From positions 104,656,001 through 104,720,000 of the forward strand of contig NC_092344.1 in assembly GCF_963676685.1 (NCBI RefSeq): DNA of 64,000 nt, written 5' to 3'. A model generated the notes under the pieces. It saw nothing but the letters and a program-made list of their open reading frames with translations. It had not been told where the DNA came from and made no database searches. This document shows, one piece after another, positions 62,650 through 64,000 of the stretch. Position 1 is the stretch's first letter. Each line of letters begins with the position of its first letter. The translations under genes were made by a program, and so were the position numbers. The DNA comes from Mytilus edulis. Taxonomy: Eukaryota.

Positions 62650-64000
62650 TGTCCTTTATCAGTTGGTATACTATCTGACACCATATGATATAAGGCCATC
62701 AGTTGGTATACTATCTGACACCATATGATACATGTATAAGGCCATTGGATACATACATTAGATGTCCTTTATCAGTTGGTATTATACTATCTGACACCAT
62801 ATGATATAAGGCCATTGGATACATACATTAGATGTCAGTTGGTATACTATCTGACACCATATGATATAAGGTCATTGGATACATATATTAGATGTCCTTT
62901 ATCAGTTGGTATTATACTATCTGACACCATATGATATAAGGCCATTGGATACATACATTAGATGTCCTTTATCAGTTGGTATTATACTATCTGACACCAT
63001 ATGATATAAGGCCATTGGATACATACATTAGATGTCAGTTGGTATACTATCTGACACCATATGATATAAGGCCATTGGATACATACATTAGATGTCAGTT
63101 GGTATACTATCTGACACCATATGATATAAGGCCATTGGATACATACATTAGATGTCAGTAGGTATACTATCTGACACCATATGATATAAGGCCATTGGAT
63201 ACATACATTAGATGTCAGTTGGTATACTATCTGACACCATATGATATAAGGCCATTGGATACATATATTAGATGTCCTTTATCAGTTGGTATTATACTAT
63301 CTGACACCATATGATATAAGGCCATTGGATACATACATTAGATGTCCTTTATCAGTTGGTATTATACTATCTGATACCATATGATATAAGGCCATTGGAT
63401 ACATACATTAGATGTCCTTTATCAGTTGGTATACTATCTGACACCATATGATATAAGGCCATTGGATACATACATTAGATGTCCTTTATCAGTTGGTATA
63501 CTATCTGACACCATATGATATAAGGCCATTGGATACATACATTAGATGTCCTTTATCAGTTGGTATACTATCTGACACCATATGATATAAGGCCATTGGA
63601 TACATACATTAGATTTCCTTTATCAGTTGGTATACTATCTGACACCATATGATATAAGGTCATTGGATACATACATTAGATGTCCTTTATCAGTTGGTAT
63701 TATACTATCTGACACCATATGATATAAGGCCATTGGATACATACATTAGATGTCCTTTATCAGTTGGTATACTATCTGACACCATATGATATAAGGTCAT
63801 TGGATACATATATTAGATGTCCTTTATCAGTTGGTATACTATCTGACACCATATGATATAAGGCCATTGGATACATACATTAGATGTCCTTTATCAGTTG
63901 GTATTATACTATCTGACACCATATGATATAAGGCCATTGGATACATACATTAGATGTCCTTTATCAGTTGGTATTATACTATCTGACACCATATGATATA
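62650..64000. repeat. Highly homogeneous 60/67/70-bp tandem satellite (continues past window)
   Basis: tcagttggtat(tat)actatctgacaccatatgatataaggccattggatacatacattagatg(tccttta), about 20 units. Confidence 0.96.

Noticed and set aside
62976-63161. ORF with repeated VYYLTPYDIRPLDTYIRCQL
   Set aside because: By-product of 60-bp satellite units; the frame breaks at 67- and 70-bp units.
54318-64000. Regular repeats resembling CRISPR arrays (also 39420-40385)
   Set aside because: No unique spacers, no cas genes and a eukaryotic context; these are plain tandem satellites.

Overview
AT-rich eukaryotic genomic DNA with spliceosomal introns. The repeat families suggest a bivalve, probably Mytilus-like (inference). 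The left 39 kb holds a minus-strand tandem array of SLC46-family (PCFT/SLC46A3-like) MFS transporters: six large first coding exons but only four complete sets of exons 2-4 in the window (exon 2 = 84 nt, exon 3 = 157 nt, variable last exon). The left-most paralog runs off the window edge. The right-most first exon (38112-39213) is intact but has no downstream exons of its own, which suggests a UGT1A/protocadherin-like variable-first-exon arrangement. Every paralog starts with an acidic dileucine sorting motif, amplified four-fold in one of them. The right part holds an intronless Hillarin-like LIM gene, three satellites, and a CR1 LINE carrying three nested insertions. Also present: a ~2.9-kb Penelope-like (GIY-YIG) insertion with ~1-kb inverted arms, a Penelope-type RT fragment, a hammerhead-bearing retrozyme-like unit, PIF/Harbinger derivatives and several MITEs, one of which supplies a gene's stop codon. 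All calls are from manual reading; no searches were run.
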